Part shown: piece by piece, positions 1 through 8,587 of the stretch
How the letters are laid out: each line of letters starts with the position of its first letter
How positions within the stretch are numbered: position 1 is the first letter of the stretch
Virus record (IMG/VR): IMGVR_UViG_3300020460_000013
Location: 37,322 to 101,321 of that record
Length of the DNA stretch: 64,000 bases
Direction: 5' to 3' (one strand)
From: a virus
Lineage: Duplodnaviria > Caudoviricetes
Notes under the pieces: model-generated
Seen by the model: the letters and a program-made list of their open reading frames with translations, nothing else
Told to the model about the DNA's origin: nothing
Databases searched by the model: none
Program-made: the position numbers and the translations under genes

Positions 1-48
1 GTCATTAGTACTCTCTGCGTCTTTAAATGCATTTGGATTTGCAACCAT
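1..48 (-). CDS. 5' end of a late gene (MVANPNAFKDAESTND...), probably baseplate wedge gp25; truncated by the window
   Basis: ATG at 48 with AGGGAG RBS and TATAAATA at 67-74. Identity is inferred only from gp5-PAAR-gp25 synteny. Confidence 0.45.
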   Translation of the reverse strand, partial: MVANPNAFKDAESTND

Positions 49-66
49 TACGTTTCTCCCTATTTG

Positions 67-74
67 TATTTATA
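67..74 (-). promoter_or_regulatory. T4-type late promoter TATAAATA
   Basis: Exact gp55 consensus upstream of an ORF. Confidence 0.8.
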
Positions 75-81
75 ACGATTT

Positions 82-477
82 CTACAAATCATGATACCTA
101 CGATTTATAATATGTTGTTCTGCAATCTCTTCTTTAGATTGTCCATGATATTCTACTGCATGATGTTCTTCAATCATCTTTTTATTGACGTTAGTATCAA
201 ACACCCACAGTTCGCCAAGTATTCTACCAAACTTTCCTCTTCCATCTTTATGAGTTTTGATTGTAACATCTCCACCATCTAACCATTTTTTTAAAAATTC
301 AGTTGCAGCTTTTCCATATTGTTTTTCAAATGGATCACTTGTTCTTGACTCTGGTGTATCAATACCATATAGTCTAACTCTTTGATCTCTTAACCATACA
401 CCAAACCCCAAGTCAATGTCTACATCAACTGTATCACCATCAACCACCTTTGTAACTTTACATTTGTATTCAAACAT
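82..477 (-). CDS. Thermonuclease (SNase-like) family nuclease
   Basis: VVDGDT, RLYGIDTPE and GKFGRILG motifs. Confidence 0.9.
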   Translation of the reverse strand: MFEYKCKVTKVVDGDTVDVDIDLGFGVWLRDQRVRLYGIDTPESRTSDPFEKQYGKAATEFLKKWLDGGDVTIKTHKDGRGKFGRILGELWVFDTNVNKKMIEEHHAVEYHGQSKEEIAEQHIINRRYHDL

Positions 478-487
478 TTTATTTCCT

Positions 488-826
488 TTAGTTTACACTT
501 ACAGTAGAAGCACCACCTGTCATTTTACCATTTGGCAATCCAGCATCAACACCATCTCCAACTCTTGCAACAGCTTTACCTACAACAAAAACATTAGGAC
601 TACAAGTACCAACTATTTTTGAAGTATGTTCTATACAAGTATCGCCTACTAAAATTTCATGAGAGTCAGTAGGATCTTCTTTTCTTGCAACAAGTTTACC
701 TTCAACAAAAACAGTTGTGTTTGCAACCTCTGATGAAGGTGCAGCTAATTTACTAGTCGCATCACAGGTATGTCCTGTGTTAAGCGGATCTTCTTCTCTA
801 CATATCTTAGGCATAATACTGTGCAA
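488..826 (-). CDS. PAAR spike-tip protein (gp5.4-like)
   Basis: VFVEGKLVAR and VFVVGKAVARVGD repeats with metal-binding His/Cys; directly downstream of gp5. Confidence 0.85.
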   Translation of the reverse strand: MHSIMPKICREEDPLNTGHTCDATSKLAAPSSEVANTTVFVEGKLVARKEDPTDSHEILVGDTCIEHTSKIVGTCSPNVFVVGKAVARVGDGVDAGLPNGKMTGGASTVSVN

Positions 827-2579
827 TCTGTCCTAATTCGGTTGTTGTTTTTCCATTGTATTGTGTTATCATATCTGATCTATTACCAGACTCCTTACAA
901 CCAAGATGAATCCAAGGCATACCAGAACCAGTAGTTCTATATTGTAATATAATAGAATCGTGTGGTAAGTTTTCTCTAATCCATATTGCAATCTCAAAGT
1001 ATTCTCCTTTACTTGCATCTGCAACCTGTATGTCAACTGCTTCACCCAATGAATGTGCAGAAGATGTACCAGGCCTTGATTCAAAATATCCCATGTTAAT
1101 TCTTAGTTTAGGATATTCTGCAAGTAATGGATCTAAACAATTAACTGCAAGAACTCTTAAATTATTAATAATCTTTTCTGCTTCTTCTTTACTTTTGTTT
1201 ATTTTCTGACCTACAGGTGGTGCAAGTGTAAGTTTAGAAAGTTTATACTTGGAAGATATGTACATATTATAATCTATAGATCCATCATCTGGAAGTTTTA
1301 TCAATGAAGGTTTTACTACTGATGTAACCTTTGCGTTTTCTGTATAAAGTAATTCTGATTGTCCAGTTGAATATCCATGTTCTTTTGGAAAGTCTGGAAC
1401 TGCTGGAACTGATATTAATGGTCTTGATGCACTTTCCGAATTATAGTTACCATCAATAGAATTATAACTATAATCTGAAGATGAAGAAGGTAATGCATTT
1501 CCAGATGCAACATCAGCTTTAATATCTGCATCTGATTTCGGAATATCATCTTCACCATATACAGATTGTTCATCTGCTAATGCACTTAAATCTTTTGCAT
1601 CTAATACTGTAGCTTCTACAGGTGCGTCAACTTCTTTACCTTCACTATATAAATTTACACCAGAACTATCTCTATATTTTGTATCTTCTGCATCTTGCAC
1701 AGTTCCAACACTATCACTAGGATCATTTAATTTTATAGAACCACCCACAAGCGTCAAATCATTTGTTGATAGGATATCAATCTCACTACTTGTTTTTACT
1801 GTTATTTTAGATTTTGAATTTAAAGTAATATGATTATCAGAAAGAACTTGACTATATCCTTTTATGTTGGTAAGGTAATTGCCTTCTGCATTAATATTCA
1901 TATCTGCTAAAGATTGTAATGTCATCTTTGCCACAGATGTTGCAGTTAATTCTTTCTGTGATGTAAACTCTATAGAGTCATTTGCATAAAATCTCATATT
2001 CTTACCAGCATGAATATTAATATTCTTACCAGCGTGTAAATCTATATTCTCGTCTACCTGTCCTGTCAAAGAACCACGCACATATAAATCTGCATCACCA
2101 TCACAGTAGACTTCAATATTTCCTCTTACTCTTAACTTTTTATTCTGATGCACAATCTCATAGTCATCACCGATAATCTTTGTAACCTTTGTACCATCTG
2201 GATGTACTTCGTAAAAAGTACCAGACCTATGATATTCATGTATACGTTCATGGCCTGGAGTATCATCAAACTCTACGATATGACCAGACTCAGTTTCTTT
2301 TACATGATTGTATGGATACTTTGATGCATACTGTGTTTCTGGTTCTCCTACCAGATCATCTACTCTTTGTCTTTTAAGATTGACCACAGGGTGTTGTTTA
2401 GTTGCATCATTTACTGCAAGTCTGTTTGTATCAACTTCATTAACTCTACGAGGATAAAAAGAACGAGGATCAGCAAAACCATTAAGAGATTGTTGAGTAG
2501 AAACTTTTAGATTTACCTCTGTACCTTTTGCTGGTGGTTTATCAAATTTGATTTTTCTTTCTTCTATTTCATATGCCAT
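807..2579 (-). CDS. Baseplate spike gp5, C-terminal part (beta-helix) with an appended M15-like peptidase domain
   Basis: PYNHVKETESGHIVEFDDTPGHERIH matches the gp5C start; beta-helix repeats follow; C-terminal SAHSLGEAVD...WIH. Confidence 0.85.
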   Translation of the reverse strand: MAYEIEERKIKFDKPPAKGTEVNLKVSTQQSLNGFADPRSFYPRRVNEVDTNRLAVNDATKQHPVVNLKRQRVDDLVGEPETQYASKYPYNHVKETESGHIVEFDDTPGHERIHEYHRSGTFYEVHPDGTKVTKIIGDDYEIVHQNKKLRVRGNIEVYCDGDADLYVRGSLTGQVDENIDLHAGKNINIHAGKNMRFYANDSIEFTSQKELTATSVAKMTLQSLADMNINAEGNYLTNIKGYSQVLSDNHITLNSKSKITVKTSSEIDILSTNDLTLVGGSIKLNDPSDSVGTVQDAEDTKYRDSSGVNLYSEGKEVDAPVEATVLDAKDLSALADEQSVYGEDDIPKSDADIKADVASGNALPSSSSDYSYNSIDGNYNSESASRPLISVPAVPDFPKEHGYSTGQSELLYTENAKVTSVVKPSLIKLPDDGSIDYNMYISSKYKLSKLTLAPPVGQKINKSKEEAEKIINNLRVLAVNCLDPLLAEYPKLRINMGYFESRPGTSSAHSLGEAVDIQVADASKGEYFEIAIWIRENLPHDSIILQYRTTGSGMPWIHLGCKESGNRSDMITQYNGKTTTELGQIAQYYA

Positions 2580-3643
2580 TAAATTGACACTCCTCTTTCT
2601 CTCGCATACTTGGTAACAGACTTCTTTCCTATCCTTACAGCCTTTGGTGGATACTTTGGAAACTCTGATGGATAAAAGTGACCCATATCATTTGGAATAC
2701 TATTCTGCATATTGAAAGCTTTAAATGCAGAACGAGCTCTTCCTTTATAGTTACTATCTCCTCTTCTTCCATCATCATAAGAACCATCTGCTCTAAATAT
2801 TGTTACATCAACTGCACACGCAAAGTTGTGCCAAGAGAAGCCAGGTTTTGCAGCTTTACCCATTCTACCTGCTTTATATTTGTTATACAATTCTTGTTGT
2901 TGTGCGTTTGTTCTATATCCAGAACCTATGCTTATATCCCAACCACTATTAGATTGAAGAAAACTATTAATACCTTTTGCAATCCTATCTCTTACAAATG
3001 GTAATAATTTATTTAATGCATTTGCAGTTGTAGTTCCTCTGGTAGATAATGGAAAGTCATTTTTAGTATATGTTCTTGCACCAGAAAATTCTGCCGTAGA
3101 AACTTCAGTATTCATAAATGAAGAGGGTGGTGCGTTTGTTGCTTTATCTGGTATACCATCTTTAGTTACTAATACTGTAGAGTCTTGAGAACTTGCTGGT
3201 AGATCAAACTCTGATGTAACCCCATCTGCAATTACTGTGTTCTCACTTATCGTGCCTGGTTCACGATTTTGATCTTGTGAATAATCATATGGAGCTCCAC
3301 CTTGAGGAGCACCATTAGGGCCTATATAGCCAGGTATTGTTCCAAACACCATAGGTTCTTGTAGAAAGTCTGGATCTCTCCAAAAACCAATTACCCATGT
3401 TCCTTCTATTGGGCCTGTCGGAGAAGTTCCTACACCACCAGCGGAAGCAGATGTACAAGGTTGAATACAAAACGCCCACGGCAAATCTTCTGTCGCAAGT
3501 TTTGTTTTATCTGATGTATGATAACCAAATACTCTAACTCGTACTCTTCCTAGTGACATAGGATCTATACGATCTTCTACAACACCAACCCACCAGAGAA
3601 ATCCATCTCTACCAGAAAAATATGATAGTCTTTGTGTTTGCAT
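2579..3643 (-). CDS. Baseplate spike gp5, N-terminal part (OB-fold) fused to an M15 L-Ala-D-Glu-type peptidase
   Basis: GVVEDRIDPMSLGRVRVR is the gp5 OB-fold; SGYRT..QQELY..AAKPGFSWHNFACAVD..DMGH is the M15 motif. Confidence 0.85.
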   Translation of the reverse strand: MQTQRLSYFSGRDGFLWWVGVVEDRIDPMSLGRVRVRVFGYHTSDKTKLATEDLPWAFCIQPCTSASAGGVGTSPTGPIEGTWVIGFWRDPDFLQEPMVFGTIPGYIGPNGAPQGGAPYDYSQDQNREPGTISENTVIADGVTSEFDLPASSQDSTVLVTKDGIPDKATNAPPSSFMNTEVSTAEFSGARTYTKNDFPLSTRGTTTANALNKLLPFVRDRIAKGINSFLQSNSGWDISIGSGYRTNAQQQELYNKYKAGRMGKAAKPGFSWHNFACAVDVTIFRADGSYDDGRRGDSNYKGRARSAFKAFNMQNSIPNDMGHFYPSEFPKYPPKAVRIGKKSVTKYARERGVSI

Positions 3644-3680
3644 AAAAAAATCCCTTTGAAGTATTTATACTGCAAAGGGA
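3644..3680 (-). promoter_or_regulatory. Hairpin/terminator that contains a late promoter and occludes the gp5 RBS
   Basis: TCCCTTTG-cagTATAAATActt-CAAAGGGA-TTTTTTT-ATG. Confidence 0.75.
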
Positions 3681-3711
3681 AAGTTATAGTTAAGAAATCA
3701 AAAAGGAAAAA

Positions 3712-3990
3712 TTAATCACATTGTAGTTTGTTTACAATTGTACCATTGGAATTATACTTTTGAGAAATCCAACACATTCTTTCATGTTTGTTGGTAGCCC
3801 AATTTGCAATCACATTCTTGTTGATATTTGTATTACCAACATTTACTTGATTGCCATTAAAGAGTTGGTTTAATAACAAACCAATCATTTGTTGTTTAAG
3901 TGCATCTTGATTATTCATTCGCAATTCAAATGCATTGAGTGGATGACAACCCATAATAATTAAAGTTATAATAATTAATAATTTTTTCAT
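3712..3990 (-). CDS. Hypothetical exported protein
   Basis: Signal-peptide-like N-terminus; ATGA overlap with the upstream ORF. Confidence 0.65.
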   Translation of the reverse strand: MKKLLIIITLIIMGCHPLNAFELRMNNQDALKQQMIGLLLNQLFNGNQVNVGNTNINKNVIANWATNKHERMCWISQKYNSNGTIVNKLQCD

Positions 3991-4220
3991 GGGTTTAATA
4001 TCTCCACTTCTGATTTATCAACCCACACAGTAATTAATTTATTATGTAAGTCTTTAATTTTAAACATATCATGTTCGTCATTTTTAGAAAGGATAATACC
4101 CTCTCTAGTTAATACTTTATGACTACGAATGGGTAAGTCTACAAGACTATATCGACCACCAGGCCTATCCCATGCATCTAAAGGAAATTTATACTTATAT
4201 TTTACAAAATACTTTTTCAT
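3987..4220 (-). CDS. Hypothetical protein
   Basis: Coupled ORF in an early operon. Confidence 0.6.
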   Translation of the reverse strand: MKKYFVKYKYKFPLDAWDRPGGRYSLVDLPIRSHKVLTREGIILSKNDEHDMFKIKDLHNKLITVWVDKSEVEILNP

Positions 4221-4645
4221 TCTATATTCCCTAGATTCTTTTGTTCTTTGTATGCATCTATTATAATCTTTGTAAAGACAGGCTCTAATTCTATCTCATA
4301 ATAATTAAATTCATTTTGACTTATACTATTCCTAGTATAAGGAGCCCAACCAAAGAACTGTTTGAAATGAGATCTTCTATTACACAATCCATTATTAAAT
4401 AAATCATAGATTAGATTTTGTGCAACTCTAAATTTTTCAAGACACTTGTTAACAGAACGCCCTTGTGGAACTGCACCCTCAAGTGGAATAAGATCATCTA
4501 ACTTTTCTGATATATCTTTATAACCCTCATGAAGAGCCCAAGATACATTAAATAAATTTGATTGTTCAGTATAATCATTTGATTCCAAAACACCACCTAT
4601 ACTCTTATAATATTCTTCATTAAAGGACGACATTATATACTCCAA
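4217..4645 (-). CDS. Hypothetical protein
   Basis: Coupled ORF in an early operon. Confidence 0.7.
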   Translation of the reverse strand: MEYIMSSFNEEYYKSIGGVLESNDYTEQSNLFNVSWALHEGYKDISEKLDDLIPLEGAVPQGRSVNKCLEKFRVAQNLIYDLFNNGLCNRRSHFKQFFGWAPYTRNSISQNEFNYYEIELEPVFTKIIIDAYKEQKNLGNIE

Positions 4646-4836
4646 TCTCTCTTAGACCATATAGGGGCAAAATTACGTCCATAGTCAACATAGACAGTAC
4701 AAGGTTTACCAAGTTTCTTTGCCATCGCCTTACACTTTGCTAAAGTGTCAGATGTAAAAGTAACAAACTTATCATCATTTAAAAATAAACTAAACTTTGG
4801 TGTTAACTTAACTTTTGGTAATGGTTGTCCAAACAT
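4633..4836 (-). CDS. Hypothetical early protein (start revised to MFGQ)
   Basis: GAGAGAGGA RBS and a promoter immediately upstream. Confidence 0.65.
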   Translation of the reverse strand: MFGQPLPKVKLTPKFSLFLNDDKFVTFTSDTLAKCKAMAKKLGKPCTVYVDYGRNFAPIWSKRDWSI

Positions 4837-4869
4837 ATTATTATTTCCTCTCTCATTAATTATACATAT

Positions 4870-4898
4870 ATTATACACTGATTCGTTTTGTATGTCAA
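4870..4898 (-). promoter_or_regulatory. sigma70 early promoter with GANTC motif in the spacer
   Basis: TTGACA-17-TATAAT; CGAATCA at 4879-4885. Confidence 0.85.
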
Positions 4899-4906
4899 GT
4901 AAATAA

Positions 4907-5203
4907 TTAAAATCTTGTAAAAAAACAATCATGTCCTAGATCATTATCTTCTAGGATTATATCTCGTACTCTTTCTCTATCTAAGGAGTCACCACCACCC
5001 CAAGTAATATCGTCACGCAGATCAGCTATATACTTGTGTGTTGCATCTACAACCATATCTTTAGTCAATCCCTCAATAGGATAAACACCATCAACATGAT
5101 TGTAAAAAGACCAAACATAACTAACAAACATTTGTGTTTCGTCTGAAACTATATTGAATTTACGATATTCAGTTTCAGTAAATTTTTCATGTACTAAGTT
5201 CAT
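4907..5203 (-). CDS. Hypothetical protein
   Basis: ORF coupled to the upstream gene; GGGDSLDRERVRD motif. Confidence 0.7.
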   Translation of the reverse strand: MNLVHEKFTETEYRKFNIVSDETQMFVSYVWSFYNHVDGVYPIEGLTKDMVVDATHKYIADLRDDITWGGGDSLDRERVRDIILEDNDLGHDCFFTRF

Positions 5204-5628
5204 TACGCAGCCTCCATAACTTCATAAGATTTATCCCACTTACCAACTTCGATATGCATATAGTATGCAGTATCAAAATAATCTGTCATGGCATCTGAAT
5301 TATCATACCATGCTTTCCCACCATTTAAAGCAGGAGCAACTTTCATAATTCTATAAACTTTATCTAAGATTTTTGCGTTTTCTATTCCATAGAAATCTGT
5401 TGTATAGAAATGATTGATCTGATGATGTTCACCATCATTTAAAGAACCAACTTTCATTTCGCCAGTATATTTATCTCTGTATTCCCAATCTTTAAAAGAA
5501 GGGCCTTTCATAAATGAAACAGTAACACTGTAAATACTATCTCGTCTTACAGAAAATTTATACTGTGGAAATTCTTTCTTTAAAGTATTTCGGATATGTT
5601 TAACATCATTAGTTGAAATATATGCCAT
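5203..5628 (-). CDS. LPD29-like polyvalent-protein domain protein
   Basis: IR..LKKEFP.YKFSVR and DNSDAMTDYFD motifs. Confidence 0.65.
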   Translation of the reverse strand: MAYISTNDVKHIRNTLKKEFPQYKFSVRRDSIYSVTVSFMKGPSFKDWEYRDKYTGEMKVGSLNDGEHHQINHFYTTDFYGIENAKILDKVYRIMKVAPALNGGKAWYDNSDAMTDYFDTAYYMHIEVGKWDKSYEVMEAA

Positions 5629-5654
5629 TCGTTTCTCTCTCTTTCTCTTGTTTA

Positions 5655-5689
5655 CGAATCACTATACCATGTTCTGAGAACAAAGTCAA
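5655..5689 (-). promoter_or_regulatory. sigma70 early promoter with TGATTCG abutting the -10
   Basis: TTGACT-17-TATAGT-GATTCG. Confidence 0.85.
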
Positions 5690-5697
5690 GTCTTTTT

Positions 5698-5889
5698 TTA
5701 AGAAAAATCAACGAAAGGTTGAACACCAACAATTTTTGCAATTTTATTTAAGGTTTTCTGACCAGAGCTGGACATTCTTTCAAACTCCCAACCTAAGTCA
5801 TTGACTAAATCTGGTAAAGTTTTTTTAATTTTAGCAAGTTCACCTAATCTAGATTGAATTTCATTTAATTGCTTTTCAGTAAGTTTCAT
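5698..5889 (-). CDS. Hypothetical early protein
   Basis: Has its own promoter and an AG-rich RBS. Confidence 0.7.
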   Translation of the reverse strand: MKLTEKQLNEIQSRLGELAKIKKTLPDLVNDLGWEFERMSSSGQKTLNKIAKIVGVQPFVDFS

Positions 5890-5915
5890 AATATATACTC
5901 TCTTTCTTTTGTTTA

Positions 5916-5950
5916 CGAATCACTATACCATGTTCTGATAACAATGTCAA
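5916..5950 (-). promoter_or_regulatory. sigma70 early promoter with TGATTCG abutting the -10
   Basis: TTGACA-17-TATAGT-GATTCG; near duplicate of the promoter at 5655-5689. Confidence 0.85.
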
Positions 5951-6159
5951 GAAACTTTTACGGCTATATAAATGCAAAGTGCAAGGATTATTAATTTACC
6001 ATAGTCGAGATCAAATCGTGTACCCTCACCATACTGATTATCCCACATCTCTTTCATAGTTTTTCTTTTCTTCTTAATCTTATAATGTATGGTGGGTTCT
6101 TCTATCTGTCCATCATCTAACAGATCTTGGGCTGGTGTTCCAAATGGTTTACTACTCAT
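5947..6159 (-). CDS. Hypothetical membrane-anchored protein
   Basis: C-terminal hydrophobic segment; AAGGAG RBS. Confidence 0.65.
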   Translation of the reverse strand: MSSKPFGTPAQDLLDDGQIEEPTIHYKIKKKRKTMKEMWDNQYGEGTRFDLDYGKLIILALCIYIAVKVS

Positions 6160-6173
6160 ACTCTATCTCCTTA

Positions 6174-6515
6174 TTACTGAGTCATCAAACGATAATAATC
6201 ATGTAAAGGATCTTTTTCCTCAACATGATCTTCTCCTAATTCATATGCATTGATAGAATACTTCTCTTTGTATTCATCATAATACTGCATTGCGTTATTA
6301 ATCACTTCCCATTTATCATAACTATCTTTACAATGATTCTCTTGCCACCAGAAGAATCCATTAATCAAAAAACAAAAATTCCATCTATTTTGTAATTGTC
6401 GAAAGTACTGTCTTGCGCTCACAGTTTGATTATTCTTTCCACCAAAGAAAGTATTTACAAAGATACTCCAACTTATACAAACTCTTCCGAACCATTTTCC
6501 GATTTTTTGAATCAT
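6174..6515 (-). CDS. Hypothetical protein
   Basis: N..FGG...QTVSAR...FWWQENHC motif typical of small phage proteins. Confidence 0.7.
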   Translation of the reverse strand: MIQKIGKWFGRVCISWSIFVNTFFGGKNNQTVSARQYFRQLQNRWNFCFLINGFFWWQENHCKDSYDKWEVINNAMQYYDEYKEKYSINAYELGEDHVEEKDPLHDYYRLMTQ

Positions 6516-6524
6516 TTTTTTATC

Positions 6525-7028
6525 CTACATTCCACCACTTATATATCCATTCTGACCTCGACACATACTTGCCATCAGAGCAAAGAGAGGATCATTTTTA
6601 TTTGCTGGATCGTATCCCATATGATCTATATACTCGTCTTGCAGACGAAACGCATCAGCTTCTAATTGTTGTTTACATTCCACCACTTCATAATATCCAT
6701 TGTGATACTGCAAGTAATGTACTAACTCATGTATCAGTACCACTTCGTAAAAATTTTTCTCAATCATACCACCTGTCGGTTTTGTTGCAATTGCAATAAT
6801 GTCAGTACGATTATCATAATAGCCTGCAATATCGCATGGGTATGTCAATTTAAACTCTTTACAGATTGATTCGTTTGACATAACTTGTACTGTGGGTAGA
6901 GGTGTGCCTGTGTAAGAGTATTCACTATTGTTTTCTATGAACCCTATCAGTTCATACATCTGTGATTCTTTTGCGATTATCTCTTGAACTACAAGAACAA
7001 AAATTAAAAGTAACAAAGGTTTTCTCAT
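6525..7028 (-). CDS. Exported HEXXH zinc metallopeptidase-like protein
   Basis: Signal peptide; LIHELVHYLQ; downstream E.DA. Confidence 0.7.
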   Translation of the reverse strand: MRKPLLLLIFVLVVQEIIAKESQMYELIGFIENNSEYSYTGTPLPTVQVMSNESICKEFKLTYPCDIAGYYDNRTDIIAIATKPTGGMIEKNFYEVVLIHELVHYLQYHNGYYEVVECKQQLEADAFRLQDEYIDHMGYDPANKNDPLFALMASMCRGQNGYISGGM

Positions 7029-7441
7029 GGCATTGTGAATAAGGCTCTAATACCCAACTTATCTGCTGGTGTTGTGTGTATTGGTGTTCGTGCAAAGACA
7101 ACCCATTTATAAGACCATGACATTAAATCATTTGGATAATGTTCATCAATAAAATCTATAAAGGATTTACCTGTCGTAAATACATCATCTACTAACATTG
7201 GCTGATGTGTCGGATCACCTGTCGCATATTTTCTTAATGCATCTGCAAGAGGAATGCCACCTCTAGGAATACCCTCTACAGATCTAAATGGTTCTGTCTG
7301 ATATGTCATAATGATAGAAGCAATACTATTCCAATCTTTCATATCAAACGCATCACACTCTAATTTAAATTTAAGAGTATTACCAGAGTGAGAAGTAAAC
7401 TCACCATATTCAAATAATCTTGCTTCAGTTCTGTGTGTCAT
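7025..7441 (-). CDS. Orotate phosphoribosyltransferase-like PRTase
   Basis: GEFTSHSG, GIPRGG and the LVDDVFTTG PRPP-binding loop. Confidence 0.75.
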   Translation of the reverse strand: MTHRTEARLFEYGEFTSHSGNTLKFKLECDAFDMKDWNSIASIIMTYQTEPFRSVEGIPRGGIPLADALRKYATGDPTHQPMLVDDVFTTGKSFIDFIDEHYPNDLMSWSYKWVVFARTPIHTTPADKLGIRALFTMP

Positions 7442-7634
7442 ATTGACTCTCTGTTCCTTGAACTGTCCATGGCATATCTTCTGTATCTTCTTTAGGTAGA
7501 TAGACTAAAACAGAAGCTTTGCATTGTTCATTCGGACATGAGAGATTAGTGACCATAGAATATTCTAACTCATCATCATTTGCGTCATGATCGCCGCCCC
7601 ATATCAACTCTGTATTACAATGCCAACAATTCAT
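7425..7634 (-). CDS. Small zinc-finger-like protein
   Basis: MNCWHC...ELIWGGDHD...LSCP..C. Confidence 0.75.
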   Translation of the reverse strand: MNCWHCNTELIWGGDHDANDDELEYSMVTNLSCPNEQCKASVLVYLPKEDTEDMPWTVQGTESQYDTQN

Positions 7635-7668
7635 ATATTTTTCTGTATCTTTATTGCATTTATAGATT

Positions 7669-7743
7669 ATGATTGGCTGCCCAGTTTTAGGGGGGCGGCC
7701 GAATCATTTCTATTATTATATCATACTATATAGTGCGTGTCAA
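7669..7743 (-). promoter_or_regulatory. Perfect sigma70 promoter followed by a GC-rich hairpin that encodes the mini-ORF MIRPPP*
   Basis: TTGACA(7743-7738)-17-TATAAT(7720-7715); ATG ATT CGG CCG CCC CCC TAA at 7707-7687. Confidence 0.7.
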
Positions 7744-7751
7744 CTCATTTG

Positions 7752-8033
7752 TCAACCCATTGCGTTATAATATCCCTCACAAGAACAATGTGTCACACCA
7801 CCTGATTCGTTTTGCACAACCAACTCTGCACCTGTAAACCAGATACACGCTTCATTATAAGACGCATACATCTCTGTAGGAATGTAACAAGTAAAGGGCA
7901 TCTTCCAATCTTTATCATCACATATCTCATCAAACAACTTCTTGTTCTCAGCTTGTTGTAGAAACAAGTCAGACTTCAATGCCTCATCAAACTGTAATAG
8001 TTCTCCTATAGATGTTTCTTTTGTCATTAACAA
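7752..8033 (-). CDS. Hypothetical protein
   Basis: ORF in an early operon. Confidence 0.7.
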   Translation of the reverse strand: MLMTKETSIGELLQFDEALKSDLFLQQAENKKLFDEICDDKDWKMPFTCYIPTEMYASYNEACIWFTGAELVVQNESGGVTHCSCEGYYNAMG

Positions 8034-8269
8034 CTCCTCAATCTCTTTCCTAAATCATTATCATTGTAGTCACCCTTACTCGCCCAATTGCGAAATGCAG
8101 AACATTCTGTGATGTTCTGCATACACTGGAGAGAAAGAGGACACGAATCACAAGGACAATTTTTCTTATTCTCTGGCCCTGTGTGCATCTCTGTAGTATT
8201 ATAGACAGACTCCGAATCACTCGAATCTCTACCCATATAACATTCTGAATCCCAATCGGATATAATCAT
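8027..8269 (-). CDS. Small Cys-rich hypothetical protein
   Basis: CPCDSCP...C......CSAF; promoter upstream. Confidence 0.65.
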   Translation of the reverse strand: MIISDWDSECYMGRDSSDSESVYNTTEMHTGPENKKNCPCDSCPLSLQCMQNITECSAFRNWASKGDYNDNDLGKRLRSC

Positions 8270-8303
8270 AATCGAATCACCTTATATCATTCCTAGCATA
8301 GTC

Positions 8304-8332
8304 AGTATATCAACTTGTCAAGAGTTTGTCAA
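8304..8332 (-). promoter_or_regulatory. sigma70 promoter
   Basis: TTGACA-17-TATACT; TGATTCG at 8279-8273 just before the ATG. Confidence 0.7.
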
Positions 8333-8415
8333 GAGATATTTGATAATAATATGGCCGCATACACACCCACAATTATTAACCACATGACTATTGCTACTAT
8401 TAAAAATCGAATCAT
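8329..8415 (-). CDS. 28-aa single-pass membrane peptide, probably leaderless (not in ORF track)
   Basis: MIRFLIVAIVMWLIIVGVYAAILLSNIS*; ATG is 7 nt past a -10 box. Confidence 0.45.
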   Translation of the reverse strand: MIRFLIVAIVMWLIIVGVYAAILLSNIS

Positions 8416-8421
8416 ATTCAT

Positions 8422-8492
8422 ACTTTACACCGATTCGTTCTCTCTGTCAAGTGAAAAAACCCCTTGACAAAAAAAAATTTTCGTGATAGAAT
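8422..8492. promoter_or_regulatory. Back-to-back divergent sigma70 promoters
   Basis: Minus strand: TTGACA(8450-8445)-17-TAAAGT with CGAATCG in the spacer. Plus strand: TTGACA(8464-8469)-17-TAGAAT. Confidence 0.7.
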
Positions 8493-8562
8493 ACACCCTT
8501 TAATGCACAAAAGAAAACACCTAACTACCTTTTTTTATACCTTTTTTAATATTGTACGCAAA

Positions 8563-8587
8563 TCCCATTTTATCCCACGATTTCCCA
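8563..8587. repeat. Three TCCCA (TGGGA) direct repeats with 10-bp period
   Basis: TCCCA at 8563, 8573 and 8583. Confidence 0.7.

Noticed and set aside
8315-8335. TTGTCAAGAG twice with 11-bp period as a Pho box
   Set aside because: One copy is the -35 of a good promoter, and there is no phosphate-related gene nearby.
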